64,000 nt of DNA from Antedon mediterranea (GCF_964355755.1 NC_092671.1:22642070-22706069); one strand, 5' to 3'; positions 1 through 13,347 are shown, counted from the first letter of the stretch. Notes: generated from the letters alone by a model not told the origin. Numbers and translations: made by a program.

Positions 1-1985
1 GTCGTCATATATCTCTTTTTGTGAGGAATTAACCATCCCTCGTAAGCAGGTGAAATTGTACCCAAATGACAAGCCCTGGTTAGATCATAATGTTAAGGTG
101 GCCTTAAAAGCCAAATCACTTGCATTTAAGAATAATGACCATGCTGGCCTTAAGTTAGCTAAATCAAACTTGAAATATTGTATAAAAAAAGCTAAACAGA
201 AATTCAAGCAAAAAATTGAGAAAAATTTCGCAGAGAATAAATCCAAGGAGACTTGGAATGATGTTAAATCACTAACTGGGTGTAAAAATAAAACTTCCTT
301 TAAAATGCTCACAGGTTTCAATGATGAAAAATTGGCACGATCGTTAAATGAATTTTATTGTAGATTTGACACTGATAATTTTGAGGAAGTGACCCTCACT
401 TTTTGTAATAATTTAGATACCGGAAGTAATTCTGTTAACATCTCAGTCGAAGATGTTACACAGCTCTTTCGTAAAATTAAAATTAGGAAAGCAGCTGGTC
501 CCGATGGACTAGCAGGTATTTTAATTAGAGAATGTGCAACTCAAATATCCCCCATTTTTCAACATATTTTTCAGCTAACACTAAAATCAGGTGTTATTCC
601 CTCCATTTGGAAACATTCATTAATTGTCCCCGTTCCTAAATCGTCTACTGTAAACAACTTGAATGATTACCGACCAATCGCCTTGACCTCTCTGATCATT
701 AAGTGTTTAGAGAGATTCATTGTAAATTTAATTAAGCCTGTTTTAGAACCAAAACTTGATTCCATGCAGTTCGCATACAGGGCGCATCGTGGTGTGGAGG
801 ATGCTACAGCAACCCTTGTCCACTATATCAAAAAGCATCTTGAAACCTGTAACTCCTATGCTCGTCTTCTTTTTATCGACTTTTCCTCTGCTTTCAACAC
901 CTTGCAAAGTCACGTGCTTCTTCCTAAACTTCTTAATTTTGGTATTAACCCATATCTTATTCTTTGGATCCGAAATTTTCTCCACCTTAGATCCCAACAG
1001 GTTATTGTAAATAAAACATCTTCTCCTATCATCTTTAATAGCACTGGTTCTCCACAGGGGTGTGTCCTTTTCCCCCTGCTGTACATTCTCTACACTGACG
1101 ATTGTCGTGCCCTGTATGATAACTGCATGGCAATCAAATACGCTGATGACACTGTTCTTGTTAGTCTTATAAATAATAACCAATCTGTTAATAATTACTA
1201 TAATGTTGTAAACCATTTCACTAATTGGTGTAAAGACCATTTACCTTAAAATTAATTTAAACAAAACATGTGGATAGACAAAAAATAGGTCAGTTCATGA
1301 GCCCCTTAATATAGGAAATGAGTTAATTAAAGTTGTCCCATAGTATAAATATCTAGGAACTATAATAGACGAAAAGCTGGACTGGTGTAATAACATTAAA
1401 AAACTCTATAAAAAAGGACAACAACGGCTATATCTGTTAAGACAACTTAGGAAATTTAATGTTAGTAAACAAATTCTTATACTGTTCTACCAGTCAACCA
1501 TACTTAGTGTTATCTTTTTGTAGAATTATCTGGGAGGGTTGTTTATATGAAAAAGATAAGGAACTATTAAATAAAATTACCAGAAGGGCTGGGCGGGTTA
1601 TTGGAGTTGATGTATCCGTTCTTAATTTCAACTACGATGCAGGTGTTCTCTCCTTGGTAAAACATATACTCTCCCAAACAGACCACCCGCTCCATAAGGA
1701 ATACATTTTTCTTCCATCAAATATTCGTATCCGTCTGCCTCGAAGCCGTACTAAATGCTACAATAAATCATTTGTCCCACAGTCTATTGTCACCTATAAC
1801 AAACTTGTCCAGCGCTAACTCATGGAGAGAACACCTGGATTGTAGACTTTTTGATATTTTATTGTGATTTTCTATATTGACTGTTTTCTGCATGTACGTA
1901 TATTGTTATTATCTCTGCAGTGTATATAAGAGGAATTTCTAATGTATTTTTATATTGGACCAAATAAAGAATAATAATAAATAAT
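1..1985 (+). mobile_element. Non-LTR retrotransposon (Rex1/Babar-like LINE), 3' portion with degraded RT; 5' end outside window
   Basis: ORF 50-1249 has KPW, GPDG, NDYRPIALTS, QFAYR, YARLLFIDFSSAFNT, GSPQGCVL and YADD motifs. Broken continuation (YKYLG, HPL, SFVPQSI) runs to 1818, followed by AATAAA and an (AAT)n tail at ~1962-1985. Confidence 0.9.
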
Positions 1986-3730
1986 AGGTAATTTAATACA
2001 AATTTGCAAAAATATACCTATTTTTAATCAGTTAAATTTAGCTCTTCAGGATGGAAGGTTACCACCATTTATCTTAATGTATTTTGGAAGCTAATGAGTT
2101 GTAGATATCAATTCATGTACAATTTGTATCTACAGGATGTTCTGACATCACCATATGCCACTCAAATTTAAAAAATAGATTTTTTTTTCTTTTTTGTACT
2201 AGTTAATCCCATTTAATAGAGCACATCGCGCTAATGCGGTCCCCATTTTCTCCTAGATTTTAATATGTTCTTGCTAAATCAATTCTATTTTATATGCGTT
2301 AAAAAAAGTAAAATTTCTATAATGTCATCATCTATATATAAATTATGGTAAATTCTGACATAGATGAGCCCAATGGAAAAACTTCGGTACTAATCTCCGC
2401 CTTGGATACCTACCTTTTCTATCTCAGATGTACCGCGAAACGTAGATTTTATAACATTAGTTTTCAGTACTAGGCTATTGTTCCATATTTCTATCTTAGG
2501 AAGATCTTATAAAGGGTTTTATAAGAAATTTTCTGATTTCAATTGGTAAATTTTAACTCTACGCGCGGTAGAAGTAATTTCCGGGTTCACGGTAAGGTGG
2601 TGTGTCAATCACCTTGCAACTTCCCTGCATGGTTGGTTTCAACCAGGGAGTTGTAAAACAACTCCCTCCCTGTTTCAACTAAGTCGGCCGTTGGTGCTTG
2701 GTGGCGATAGCCATTTTGTTTTTTTTTTTTTTTCGGACCGCGAGTGTGAAGGTATAGTAGTACATAAAGATCAAATTAAATATATTCATAAAAACATAGA
2801 AGTAAATTGTGGGAAATAATTATATAAAATTACATCGAGAGAATTGCGGATAAGAGCTTTTGTTTGAAATCGAATGAAACCTCAATAGCCGAGTTATTGA
2901 GTAAGCTGCCAGTACTCTTTAGGGCCTATGTATACTGTGCGCTGTGCCCCGTCAGGACCCTGGGATACTTCTGCCCATGTTGCAAGCCGTCTAAAACGTC
3001 TTACTTCTTAGGCCAAAACAGCTCACTGTGTCGCGGAGTAATGTATTAATTAGGATGGTATTTATTTGAATAAAAGCATCAATTACAATAATTATCGCCA
3101 CTCCCCCCCCCCCCCCCACCCCCCACCCTGATGTCATACTACTAGGCTTACTGTAGTTTGTGACTTTGTTTTACTCCTTTTTTAAAAAATTCACTTTCTT
3201 TTCCTTTCGTTTTTCTTTTTTCATTATTAAAACTTATTATGGAAGTTGTTGAATTGTAGATATGAATTCATAAACACATTTTGTCTATCTAGGTGTAATG
3301 TCATGACGTCAACATATAACCAGTTGAATTCAAAAAGTCAGATCTCTTTCGTAAAAGCTCATCACGTTTAAAAAAGAGCGCATCTCACTTTTATGTGCCC
3401 AAAATTCTTAAAATTTTCATTTATGTAATTATTTAGATGGCCTTACGTAAATTATATATAGATAATTGTCTTCTAAACTAGTTAACTTTGTATGTCAATT
3501 TGACGACGTCATTGGATTTAAAAGATAAGTCTCGTAATTTTATCTATGCTATGCTACTATATAACATTATATACAGTGTATTCCGTAAATACTGTAATAT
3601 GCTGGCTAAATAATTGTCGAGGTTCAAATAGTTTATTGTTTATTGCAGATAACCCAATAACTGGTCAAAGTGACAAGTTCAAATCTAGTGACTTACCGCT
3701 TAGTAGCGGATAGCTCCGTGTAACTGTCCT

Positions 3731-4384
3731 CCCATAACAAAAAGTCTTAGTAGATATAGCTCTATATCTATTAGCCGCCTTAATAGATATAGCTCTATTA
3801 CCTATTAAGGTACCAACTAATATTAATAAGTAGATTTTAGGCAGATTTAGATAGGTCCTAATAGGTTTTACCTCATTAGCATAATTCAAAATCCCCACTA
3901 ATAGTATTAGATAGATTTTTCACTTTTTTTAATCTGTGAGTAACACAGTATACATCTATCTATTGTCTACTTACAATAGCTATACCAAGGGCTACTAGCA
4001 ACCTATTAATAGACATAAGATAATAGCCAGTAACTGTTGGGTATTCTAACTGTTAATAAACCATCTATTTTATACAATAGATAGATATGGACTACCAGAT
4101 AGCTATTAGAAATCTATGCGTATCATATCTATCAACTGTCTACTAGCTATACTAGGGCTACCAATAACCAATCAATAGACTGTTAACAAATAATTAATAG
4201 CCAGTAACTATTAATCAACTATCTATTTTATATAGCTGGGAAGTAGTCATTCCATCGTTGACTCATTGAGTTGAAATCCTTAGTAGGCGAGATAAAAAGG
4301 TCTACTTAAAAACTATTAGGGCTACTAAAAATAGAGCTATTTCTACTTACGACTACTTAAATCTACAATTTTTTTTGCTATGGG
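3731..4384. mobile_element. Non-autonomous TIR element with CCC termini and 2-bp TSD (CMC/EnSpm-like)
   Basis: Ends CCCATAACAAAAA ... TTTTTGCTATGGG, with CT on both sides. Removing it restores GTAACTGTCCTGTTTCATC, which is seen intact (reverse complement) at ~58301-58319. Confidence 0.7.
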
Positions 4385-4400
4385 CTGTTTCATCTTTTTT

Positions 4401-5080
4401 AGTTATCCGCATTCAGCAGATAATTAGTTATCCGCATTCAGCAGATAATTAGTTATCCGCATTCAGCGGATAACATCTTGTAATTGCTTTAAATCATCTT
4501 TTTCTGTATTATTCTTTCTTTCTGTCAATTTTGTGTCCCACGTATCTTTAAAACGTGTAAACAAAACATTTCATGACCTTGTCAACATATGGGCACTCAT
4601 GTGAAGTTGTGCACCTCCTATTTTAAAATAACATCAGAGTTGCGCAACATGACTTACACGTGGTTTTATGAATTTCGCGGATTTAAAATAGATCGAAAAC
4701 CATATAACAATTTAAATTGAAACTTAGCAAAAGTGTAATTTAAATATTGCGCTAACTTTCTGTGGAAAAAAAATAGTATGTTTCACATTTTAAAATGCGA
4801 AAAAAAAACAATTTCTAATCAACTTTCTACGCGTTTCTTGTCATTTTGAGCCTGTAAAAATTTCCAACGCGTATGCAATTTTTTCCAGCCTTTTCTAGTA
4901 ATTATACCAACTTTAAAACAATTTTGACTTAAAATTACGTCATACGAGCATGTCGAATTGGATAATTTATGTGCGTTTTTTATGATAAAGTTCAAAAGTT
5001 CGTCAAAATTATGCCTTTTTTTAAACATTCGTAGTTTCTAAACTAAACGGTGAAAGTTATTTTTATCACATATTCGGCTC
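4401..5080 (+). mobile_element. Helentron/Helitron2-like family copy (5' part) with triplicated terminal hairpin
   Basis: AGTTATCCGCATTCAGC(A/G)GATAA occurs three times at 4401-4474, followed by sequence homologous to the family body at 36420-37100. Confidence 0.7.
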
Positions 5081-5292
5081 ATTTTTTGAGTGCAGCAGAT
5101 CTAAAAAAACAGCGGTAGCATGTTGTATGTTGTAACTTGACCAGCTGATGCACGTATATGTAGTTGTGCAACAAACTATGGTTTAATGAAAATATGGTCG
5201 CGTAGCGTAACTACGCGCAATTTTCTGAAATTCTTAGATTGACTATAAATTGAAAACCAATATATATTTTTATATACCACTTGACACACGTA

Positions 5293-5472
5293 TGTACTGT
5301 CGCACTTTGTAATAATCGTCGCACTTTGTAATACCTGTCGCACTTTGTAACAAAACTGTCACACTTTGTAACAATCGAGCTGTCGCACTTTGTAATAACT
5401 GCCAGTCGCACTTTGTAATAACAAAAGCTGTCACACTTTGTAATAACTGCTGTCTCACTTTGTAATAACTTG
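5293..5472. repeat. Minisatellite, ~8 copies of a 20-26-bp unit with core TGTCGCACTTTGTAA
   Basis: Repeated TGTC(G/A)CACTTTGTAA(T/C)AA seen directly; it generates the spurious ITKCD-repeat ORFs. Confidence 0.9.
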
Positions 5473-6600
5473 TTTAAATTGATTATTTCATAACCTTTAT
5501 AAATGAATAATCATCACCGCAATACTATTACGCGTTTCATCAATATTGTTGCGACTCGACTTAACGCTCCGAGATGCGCTATATGTGCACGTGCACACTA
5601 CGAGAGCTAAATATGCTCCACGAGGAGATCATTCGTTCTTCCGGTGTTTGCGCTAAGATAAGGTACATGTTCTTAAATAACCGTTGGTCCTAACACGCGT
5701 GCATAAATGTCAAGGTCATTTTAAGAAGTACTTGAAATAATACCATTTAAAACTCTTAACCTAATTTAACGTGTATATAATAATAATAATAAGGGTCCGC
5801 GTTGTGCGTGTTGCATGGTAGTATATTTTAACGCACGTGCGCGTAAGAATTACTTGAAGTTACCATTTTAAACTCTATAACTTAATTTAACGGATATGTA
5901 TAATAAGTGTCGGCATTGTACATGTTGCAAGATAGTCTGCTTTTACGCACGTGCGCGAAGGTCAAGGCAGTTTAAGAAGTCCCTGAAATTACCATTTTAA
6001 ACTAGGTAACTTCAAGTTACTGTGTATGTATATTAAGATTCATCATAAACGTTTTTTGTTACTATTTCAGTGTTCTCCCCAGGCCTTTGAAGCGTCACGG
6101 TACCGTGACGCTTGGGTTCTCTACCGTGACGCTTAAAACCTTATCCGTGACGCTTAAAAATATCAACCACAACAATCTAAAAATAGATTAACAGGCAGGT
6201 ACGGTACTTTTTCTAGAGCTGAGGCGCGGCATGCATAAAGAGCCTAATGCATACGAGACACGTGACATGACCACTAGACGAAAAACAAAAGACTGCGTAA
6301 CAAAGTGTTAAACAACTAAACTGAGACTCCCTTACGCCGGCCGCCGCCGAGAGATGTAAACACGTGTTTTGTTACTGCCATGTCTCTCTTTCGATCTCTA
6401 GTATTTGGCTGTTGTCTAAAGTGTAGTAACTTGTATATTGTAAATAAAGTAAATGATTGATTGTATTGTTTTTCTTGTAAAAATGTTATGTGTATTAAAA
6501 ATAAATATCGATGATATTATTATTTTCAATATCACACTGAATTAATCGACTCTATCGGTGGGATTTATCTTTCGTTGGTAACATACGCACGTCATCAAAT

Positions 6601-8483
6601 CAGGGGTGGCGCCAGGATCTTCCCGACGCGGGGGCTACATTCCCCGACGAGGGGGCTATGCGAGCGAAGCGAGCATCACAAGGCTGTGGGCCAGGGGGCC
6701 GCCAAGGGCCCCCGGTGGGGGTCCAGGGGGCGGAGCCCCCGGAAGCAACGCGTTCTAGCGTCATTTGAGGTCATTTTAATCAGATTTAGGGTAGCCATAT
6801 TTTTCCATTTTTTATAATGCATAAATAAAATACTGCGTGCAAAAAAACGGTGCGCGATGACTGTTTCAATCCATATTTTTCAATTTAAAAATTAAAAGTT
6901 CAACAAAAATTTAGAAAAATAGAGTTGGAGGTCCTGGAAATTGGACTTATTATACTTCAAAACATGAAACAAAATATATAAGTCCCTATCATGGTTGTGA
7001 CTGAGCTAATAAATGTTTGAAAAATAGAGATGATGTTAGGTCCCGGAAAATGCACTTCTTGTACTTCGAAATATGACCAGCTTTATTGTTGGGGCTGAGC
7101 TAAGAAAATGTTTAAAACTAAAGCTGCATTTTATACTTTGGAAACATCAGGCCCAGAGGCTTAAAAAACGCAAGCGTAGACCTTTTCAGAGGGGAAATAA
7201 GTTTATTCCTCCCAAGTGTATGCCTGCGTACGTACCATCTGGACTTCCGAGTGGTGAGAAATTCATGACATACAGGACATTGAAAATTTAATAACTTAGC
7301 TATAATAAGATGTTGGCTAAGCGAAAATGGCATGTTTTTTTGTTTAGTAATGGATGAAATATTTATTTTAGGTGCCCCACGGTACAGAAGGTTACTTGTA
7401 AATTAAAAAATTGGTGAACATACGAACAATTAACATAATTCGTTTTTGCTGTAGTGTAGCGTACGTCGACACAGTACACGACGTAACCGTCGCCTGGAAA
7501 ATAACTACAGTACACATTTTGGTCCCTGGATGGAACATGATATCACGACCCAACGTTGAACGATTCGTACAAAGGGATACCGCCAGACAAGTGCGTACCT
7601 ATAGCTATTGTTTAGTAGTAAGTTAGATCGCTGGCGATAATGAATGCATATAAAGTGCATAATATCACTCTGACGTACTCTCACGGTCAATGAAACGTCG
7701 AGGTTTTCTAGGCGCTGAAGCTACGAAGTGAACGCGAACGAATTATATTCCCCAACAAAAAGTACCCGAACCGTCGGTAAACTTCGCCTGGAAAATAACT
7801 ACATTACACATTTTGGTCCCTGGATGGAACTTGATATCACCCGTCTCGACCCAAAGTTGAACGATTCGTACAAAGGGATACCGCCAGACAAGTGCGTACC
7901 TAGCTAATGTTTAGTAGTAAGTTAGATCGCTGGCAATAATGAATGCATATAAATTGCATAATAGCACTCTGACGTACTCTCACGGTCAATGAGACGTCGC
8001 GGTTTTCTAGGCGCTGAAGCTACCAAGTGAACGCGAACGTTTTTACTGTATATTATATTCCCCGACAAAAAGTACCCGTGTTCCCTTCGGTAACCGTCGG
8101 TAAACTTCGCCTGGAAAATAACTACATTACACATTTTGGTCCCTGGATGGAACATGATATCACGCGTCTCGACCCAACGGTGAACGATTCGTACAAAGGG
8201 ATACCGCCAAACAAGTGCGTACTAGCTATTGTTTAGTAGTTAGATCTCTGGCAATAATGAATGCATAAAAGTGCATAATAGCCCTCTGACGTACTCTCAC
8301 GGTCAATGGAACGTCGTGGTTTTCTAGGCGCTGAAGCTATATGAAGTGAACGCGAATGTTTTTTACTGTATATTATATTCCCCGACAAAAAGTACCCGTG
8401 TTCCCCGACGGGGGGGCTAGGCTCCCCGACGAGGGGGCTAGAGCCCCCGTAGCCCCCCCCCCCCCCCGCTGGCGCCACCACTG
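6601..8483. mobile_element. Non-autonomous hAT element nested in the previous element, 8-bp TSD
   Basis: CAGGGGTGGCGCCAG ... CTGGCGCCACCACTG with CATCAAAT duplicated (6593-6600, 8484-8491); subterminal TTCCCCGACG..GGGGGCTA repeats. Confidence 0.88.
7486..8410. repeat. Tandem repeat, ~3 copies of a ~295-320-bp unit inside the hAT element
   Basis: CGCCTGGAAAATAACTACA recurs at ~7491, ~7786 and ~8108 with colinear downstream sequence. Confidence 0.9.
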
Positions 8484-8799
8484 CATCAAATGATTTCTAG
8501 GCGCAATTCAATGCTAGCTGCTTTGATCGTATAATACATTCAAGAAGGCTACGATCGTTTTCCTATTTGCTAGTGCGCTAAAGTCTTTATTTCACTTAAC
8601 TTAAGGTACATTTGTACATCGGTGCTAGAATGTTTTAGGCCCTACTTCGTGAGAAAGTCGAGTGACAAGGGATGTCACATGGTATTGTGATATCAGTACT
8701 GCGATACTGTATGTCACATGGTGCTTTCACCGGCCGCCGCCGAGAGATGTAAGCACATGTTTTGTTACTGCCATGTCTCTCTTTCGAATGTTTTCCTAT

Positions 8800-9680
8800 T
8801 TCCTAGTGCGCTATGAAGTCTTATTTCCGGGCAACTAGAGGTGTCTTACTAATGAGTAGGCCTAGTTTTATTTCATCGGGACTTGCCCCCGATGTTTGTA
8901 TTTGAACGCAAAAAATGTTTTTTTATCGCATATGTTTACCCGCCGGCGGAAAAAAAAAGTAGGCTACGATCGTTTTAATGTTTGCTAACGCGCTATGAGG
9001 TGTCGTTTCCGGCTAACTACAGTTGCCTACTGATGAGGCATATTTTTTTCTTCATATATCGCGTACAGTACTATGTTTACCTGCGGAAAAGTAGGCTCAA
9101 TCGGGCTGTTTGCTAGCGCGCTTTGAAGTGTCCTTTCCGGCCAACTTCAGAGTTGTCCTACTGATGAGTAGGCATTTTTTATTTCATCGGGGAATTCCCC
9201 TTGACATTCGTAATGAACGCAAAAAATGTTTCTTATCGCGTATGTTTACCGGCGGAAAAAGCAGGCTACGATCGTGCGGTTTGCTAGCGCGCTATGAAGT
9301 GTCTTTCCGACCAACTACAGAGTTGTTCTACTCATGAGTAGGCCTAGTTTTATTTCATCGGGGAATTCCCCTTGACGTTCGTATTGAACGCAAAAACATT
9401 TTTTTATCGCGTATGTTTACTGGCGGAAAAAGTATGCTACGATGGTTTTACTGTTTGCTAGTGCGCTATAAAGTTTCGTTTCCGGCCAACTAGAGTTGTC
9501 CTACTGATGAGTAGGCTAATAGATTAGGCCTATTTTTTTCATTGGGGCTTCCCCCTGACGTTTGTAATGAACGCAAAAAATGTTTCTTCGCGTATGTTTA
9601 CCGGCGGAAAAAGTTGGCTACGATCGTTTTGTTGTTTGCTAGCGCGCTATAAGTGTTATTTCCGGCCAAACCAGAGGTGT
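8800..9680. repeat. Tandem repeat, ~5 diverged copies of a ~130-185-bp unit
   Basis: Recurring ATGTTTAC..GCGGAAAAAG..GGCTACGAT..TTTGCTAG.GCGCTAT..TTTCCG..CCTACTGATGAGTAGGC blocks. Confidence 0.85.
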
Positions 9681-9895
9681 CATTCAACATAAATGTTATG
9701 TGCGAGAGTACCATTTCCGGCCATCTAGGGTGTAAATTACCAAAAATCGCTTCCCCACAGCCCCAACCATGGTGGGGCTGTGACTCAAGTACTTAGTGTC
9801 GGAATGCCCCTCCCCCCCCCCCTCGTGGGGGGGGGGGCCAAGCGTGACGCTTGATGTGAATCCTGGGGAGAACACTGCTATTTGTATTACTATTA

Positions 9896-11578
9896 CTAGA
9901 TGGTACGCTCGCTTCACTCGCGTGCCCATAGATGGTTCTCGAATACACAGTAATTTCAGCGTAAAAAAAAGTTTTTTTTAAAAGTACGTACTGCAGGACT
10001 ATAATAGTTATTGTGGTTTACAGAAACAAATAAATAGACACGATGATTTATGTATTAAACTAAAATTAGCACACTGGGAATTACTTCTGAAAGAGAAACT
10101 TGTCACAAAATGAGTCCAAATTTGTTATTTGGACTCATTTAAACAAACCCAATCTGTGTTTTGTGTGTAACATTAGGGTTGAGGGATGTGGAAGAGGATA
10201 TGGGTACAAAGAAGAACGATTTTTAAATATATTCTTTATCTACTCAGTAACGAAATATGTTTTTCATGTTTGATAGGCCTATATACCACTTGATACAGTA
10301 ACACATTTGCGATTTAATACTTTGTTAAAACTGTCACTGTCATAGTCGATTGAAATAGCATAGTACATGTAACGATACACGTACCACTACAACGTTTATA
10401 TTCTTTGTAATTATTAATTAATACAAACGTTGAGAAGCAACTGTCAGTAGTACAATTTATTTGTATATTGCTTCGCTCGCGTACCATCTAGGTCGCGCCC
10501 ACAGATGGTTCTCGAATACACAGTAATTTCAGTGTTAAAAAAATGGTTTTTTTTTTAATGTACGTACTGCAGGACTATAATAGTTATTGTCGTTTACAGA
10601 AAAGAATAAATAGACACGATGATTTATGTATTAAACTAAAATTAGTACACTGGGAATTACTTCCGAAAGAGAAACTTGTCACAAAATGAGTCCAAATTTG
10701 TTATTTTGACTCATTTAAACAAACCCAATTTGTGTTTTGTGTGTAACATTAGGGTTGAGGGATGGGGAAGAGGATATAGGTACAAAGAAGAACAATTTGT
10801 TTAAATATATTCTTTATCTACTCAGTAACGAAATATGTTTTTCATGTTTGATAGGCCTATAAATAATATACCACTTGATACAGTAACACATTTGCGATTT
10901 AATATACTTTGTTAAAACTGTCACTGTCATAGTCGATTGAAATAGCATAGTACATGTAACGATATACGTACCACTACAACGTTTATATTCTTTGTAATTA
11001 TTAATTAATACAAACGTTGAGAAGCAACTGTCAGTAGTACAGTTTATTTGTATATTGCTTCGCTCGCGTACCATCTAGGTCGCGCTCACAGATGGTTCTC
11101 GAATACACAGTAATTTCAGCGTAAAAAAATGGTTTTTTTTTTAATGTACGTACTGCAGGACTATAATAGTTATTGTCGTTTACAGAAAAGAATAAATAGA
11201 CACGATGATTTATGTATTAAACTAAAATTAGCACACTGGGAATTACTTCCGAAAGAGAAACTTGTCACAAAATGAGTCTAAATTTGTTATTTAGACTCAT
11301 TTAAACAAACCCAATTTGTGTTTTGTGTATAACATTGGGGTTGAGGGATGGGGAAGAGGATATGGGTACAAAGAAGAACAATTTTTAAATATATTCTTTA
11401 TCTACTCAGTAACAAAATATGTTTTTCATGTTTGATAGGCCTATAAATAATATACCACTTGATACAGTAACACATTTGCAATTTAATACTTTGTTAAAAC
11501 TGTCACTGTCACAGTCGATTGAAATAGCATAGTGCATGTAACGATACACGTACCACTACAACGTTTATATTCTTTGTA
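9896..11578. repeat. Tandem array, ~3 copies of a ~575-590-bp unit with Helitron-like CTAG ends
   Basis: AGATGGTTCTCGAATACACAG recurs at ~9930, ~10503 and ~11090. CTAGATGGTACGC (9896) is the inverse of GCGTACCATCTAG at 10479 and 11066. Confidence 0.85.
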
Positions 11579-12534
11579 CCGTATTTTCAGTATAGGTCGA
11601 CTACAAGTATAAGTCGACCCCTAACTTTGCTGTAGAATATCGTTGATTTTGGTATTACCTGAATATAAGTCGACCAGCAAAATCAGCTAATAACACAACT
11701 TACTTTGAAGTTCAAAGAGGGCTAGAAATGTATGAAATGTGGTTGTTTGTTTATATTATTAATATGTAGTCAATAATATTTATAAGACAATCTATTATTA
11801 TTATTATTATTATATTTAAATCACAAAGACTTAGCCACAGTCTTCGCCAGCCTATAATAAATGACAGCGATGTAGCGTTACAGTACTTGCCATCAGCAAT
11901 GTTTTTTTGCGTCACTCGAATATATTAAAACGAGTTTTCCGTTAGGAGGCTTATTAAATTGTACAGGCGAGTAGTTGTAAATCGCGTTATCTGTAAATGT
12001 ACACGCGCCCGACTAAGGAGAATTTATTTTATCAACTTCCTGAACAGTTTTTTCACATCCACGCGGTGGCTGCCGTCAACAAATCAACTTGTGATTGCAT
12101 GTTATGTACAGTACAATGCAAAAAATCTTTTATTTTGTACTTGAAAAATCATAAAACTAGTCATGTAATTATATAATTCATAATTATATGAAGTTTATAT
12201 ATGAATGAAGCAACACTAGCCTAGTATTTACTATTAGTGGATCCTTTATTAGTAGGCATCTAGGCTAGTTCGCCGTGGCGCAGCTATGAAATGATCCATC
12301 GCTGTTGATAAGTATAGAGTCGCCAAACCTCGCTCTGGGCATGCGCAATAGCTTGTCAGATTCCCTAACGCTTGGCAGTTGAGTTCCGGTGCCGGAATCC
12401 TAACCACGGAGTAAATTGAAAACTTCCATGAGTGATTGATGATAGGCTTAGGCCACTGACCTTGCTAGTCGACCCCCCGATTTTGCAATTAAAATTTTCC
12501 CACAAAGTCTCGACCTATACTCCGGAAAATACGG
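11579..12534. mobile_element. Tc1/mariner(pogo)-type MITE
   Basis: TA|CCGTATTTTC..AGTATAGGTCGA ... TCGACCTATACTCCGGAAAATACGG|TA, with repeated TATAAGTCGACC subterminal motifs. Confidence 0.8.
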
Positions 12535-13253
12535 TATATAATGTTTACCATACTGGTTTGTTCTTACTACTTGTAGAATTGCATTTTAATTCAAAATAAT
12601 TTAAAACGTAATTGTTACACGGACAATTATCTGATTAATTGATTTAATTTATGAAAATATCATATCACTGATGCCAACTTTACTGTTCTTTAAAATCTGA
12701 ACCTGAAAATACATTTGACATAGCAATTTCGCTGTCGTATCATAGGGTACGGGTATGTAGTTGTTGTCTGCTAATGTATGTATATGTTGTGTATTTTCAT
12801 TGGTTAAGGTTAAAATCACTGATGCATCACTGAATTAGCGTTATGAAATCTACCCTCTCCCGCTAGAGTTATTAACGCCACTGGCGCGGAGTAACAGCTT
12901 CCTAACGCTAATCCGCAGCATGGTTCAGACACAAAAATATGTACGCCGCTTACATAACTCCACCGTAACTCTGTGAGTCTGAACACACCCTAAGGGGCTT
13001 GTACATGTAATGAATGTCACATGTTCTGAAATAAAAGTTGTTGTTTGATTATTTGATAAGCTAAATTACCCTCAAATCATTCATGTATTTAATACCCTAT
13101 ACTTTATAAATAAATATAGAGCATTTCAGACTATATTTATGTTAAACTGCAATGTAATGCATTTCAACAAATTAATGTTAGATAATGGGCTATTTACATC
13201 ATTCACACTCTCATTTTCGTCTTCGTATTAACAAAAAAAGTTACATATCTTAC

Positions 13254-13347
13254 CCTGAAGCTAGAAGAAGTCCATTTGCAGAAAATGCAACAGAATTTAC
13301 ATTAGCTGTATGTCCTTTCAGCTTACATCTTAGTTTTGTACAGCATA
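13254..13347 (-). CDS. WDSUB1: Exon of WD40 gene (WDSUB1-like), third exon seen
   Basis: ttttag acceptor and gtaaga donor; 94 bp encoding (L)CCTKLRCKLKGHTANVNSVAFSANGLLLAS(G), a WD40 repeat; phase 1 matches the preceding exon. Confidence 0.8.

Larger units (their letters stand above)
6068..9877. mobile_element. Non-autonomous hAT-like element with 16-bp TIR and 6-bp TSD
   Basis: CAGTGTTCTCCCCAGG ... CCTGGGGAGAACACTG flanked by CTATTT on both sides; subterminal CGTGACGC repeats at both ends. Confidence 0.8.

Noticed and set aside
2553-2756. Possible TTAA-flanked piggyBac-type MITE with an internal GGGAGTTGT/ACAACTCCC hairpin
   Set aside because: The inverted ends match poorly and the right flank is not TTAA.
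5211-5458. ORFs with ITKCD / LLQS repeats
   Set aside because: Products of the minisatellite.
9020-9520. CTGATGAG in tandem repeats suggesting hammerhead ribozymes
   Set aside because: I could not find a properly placed stem II-GAAA and NUH; the motif sits in a simple CCTAC/GTAGG hairpin.
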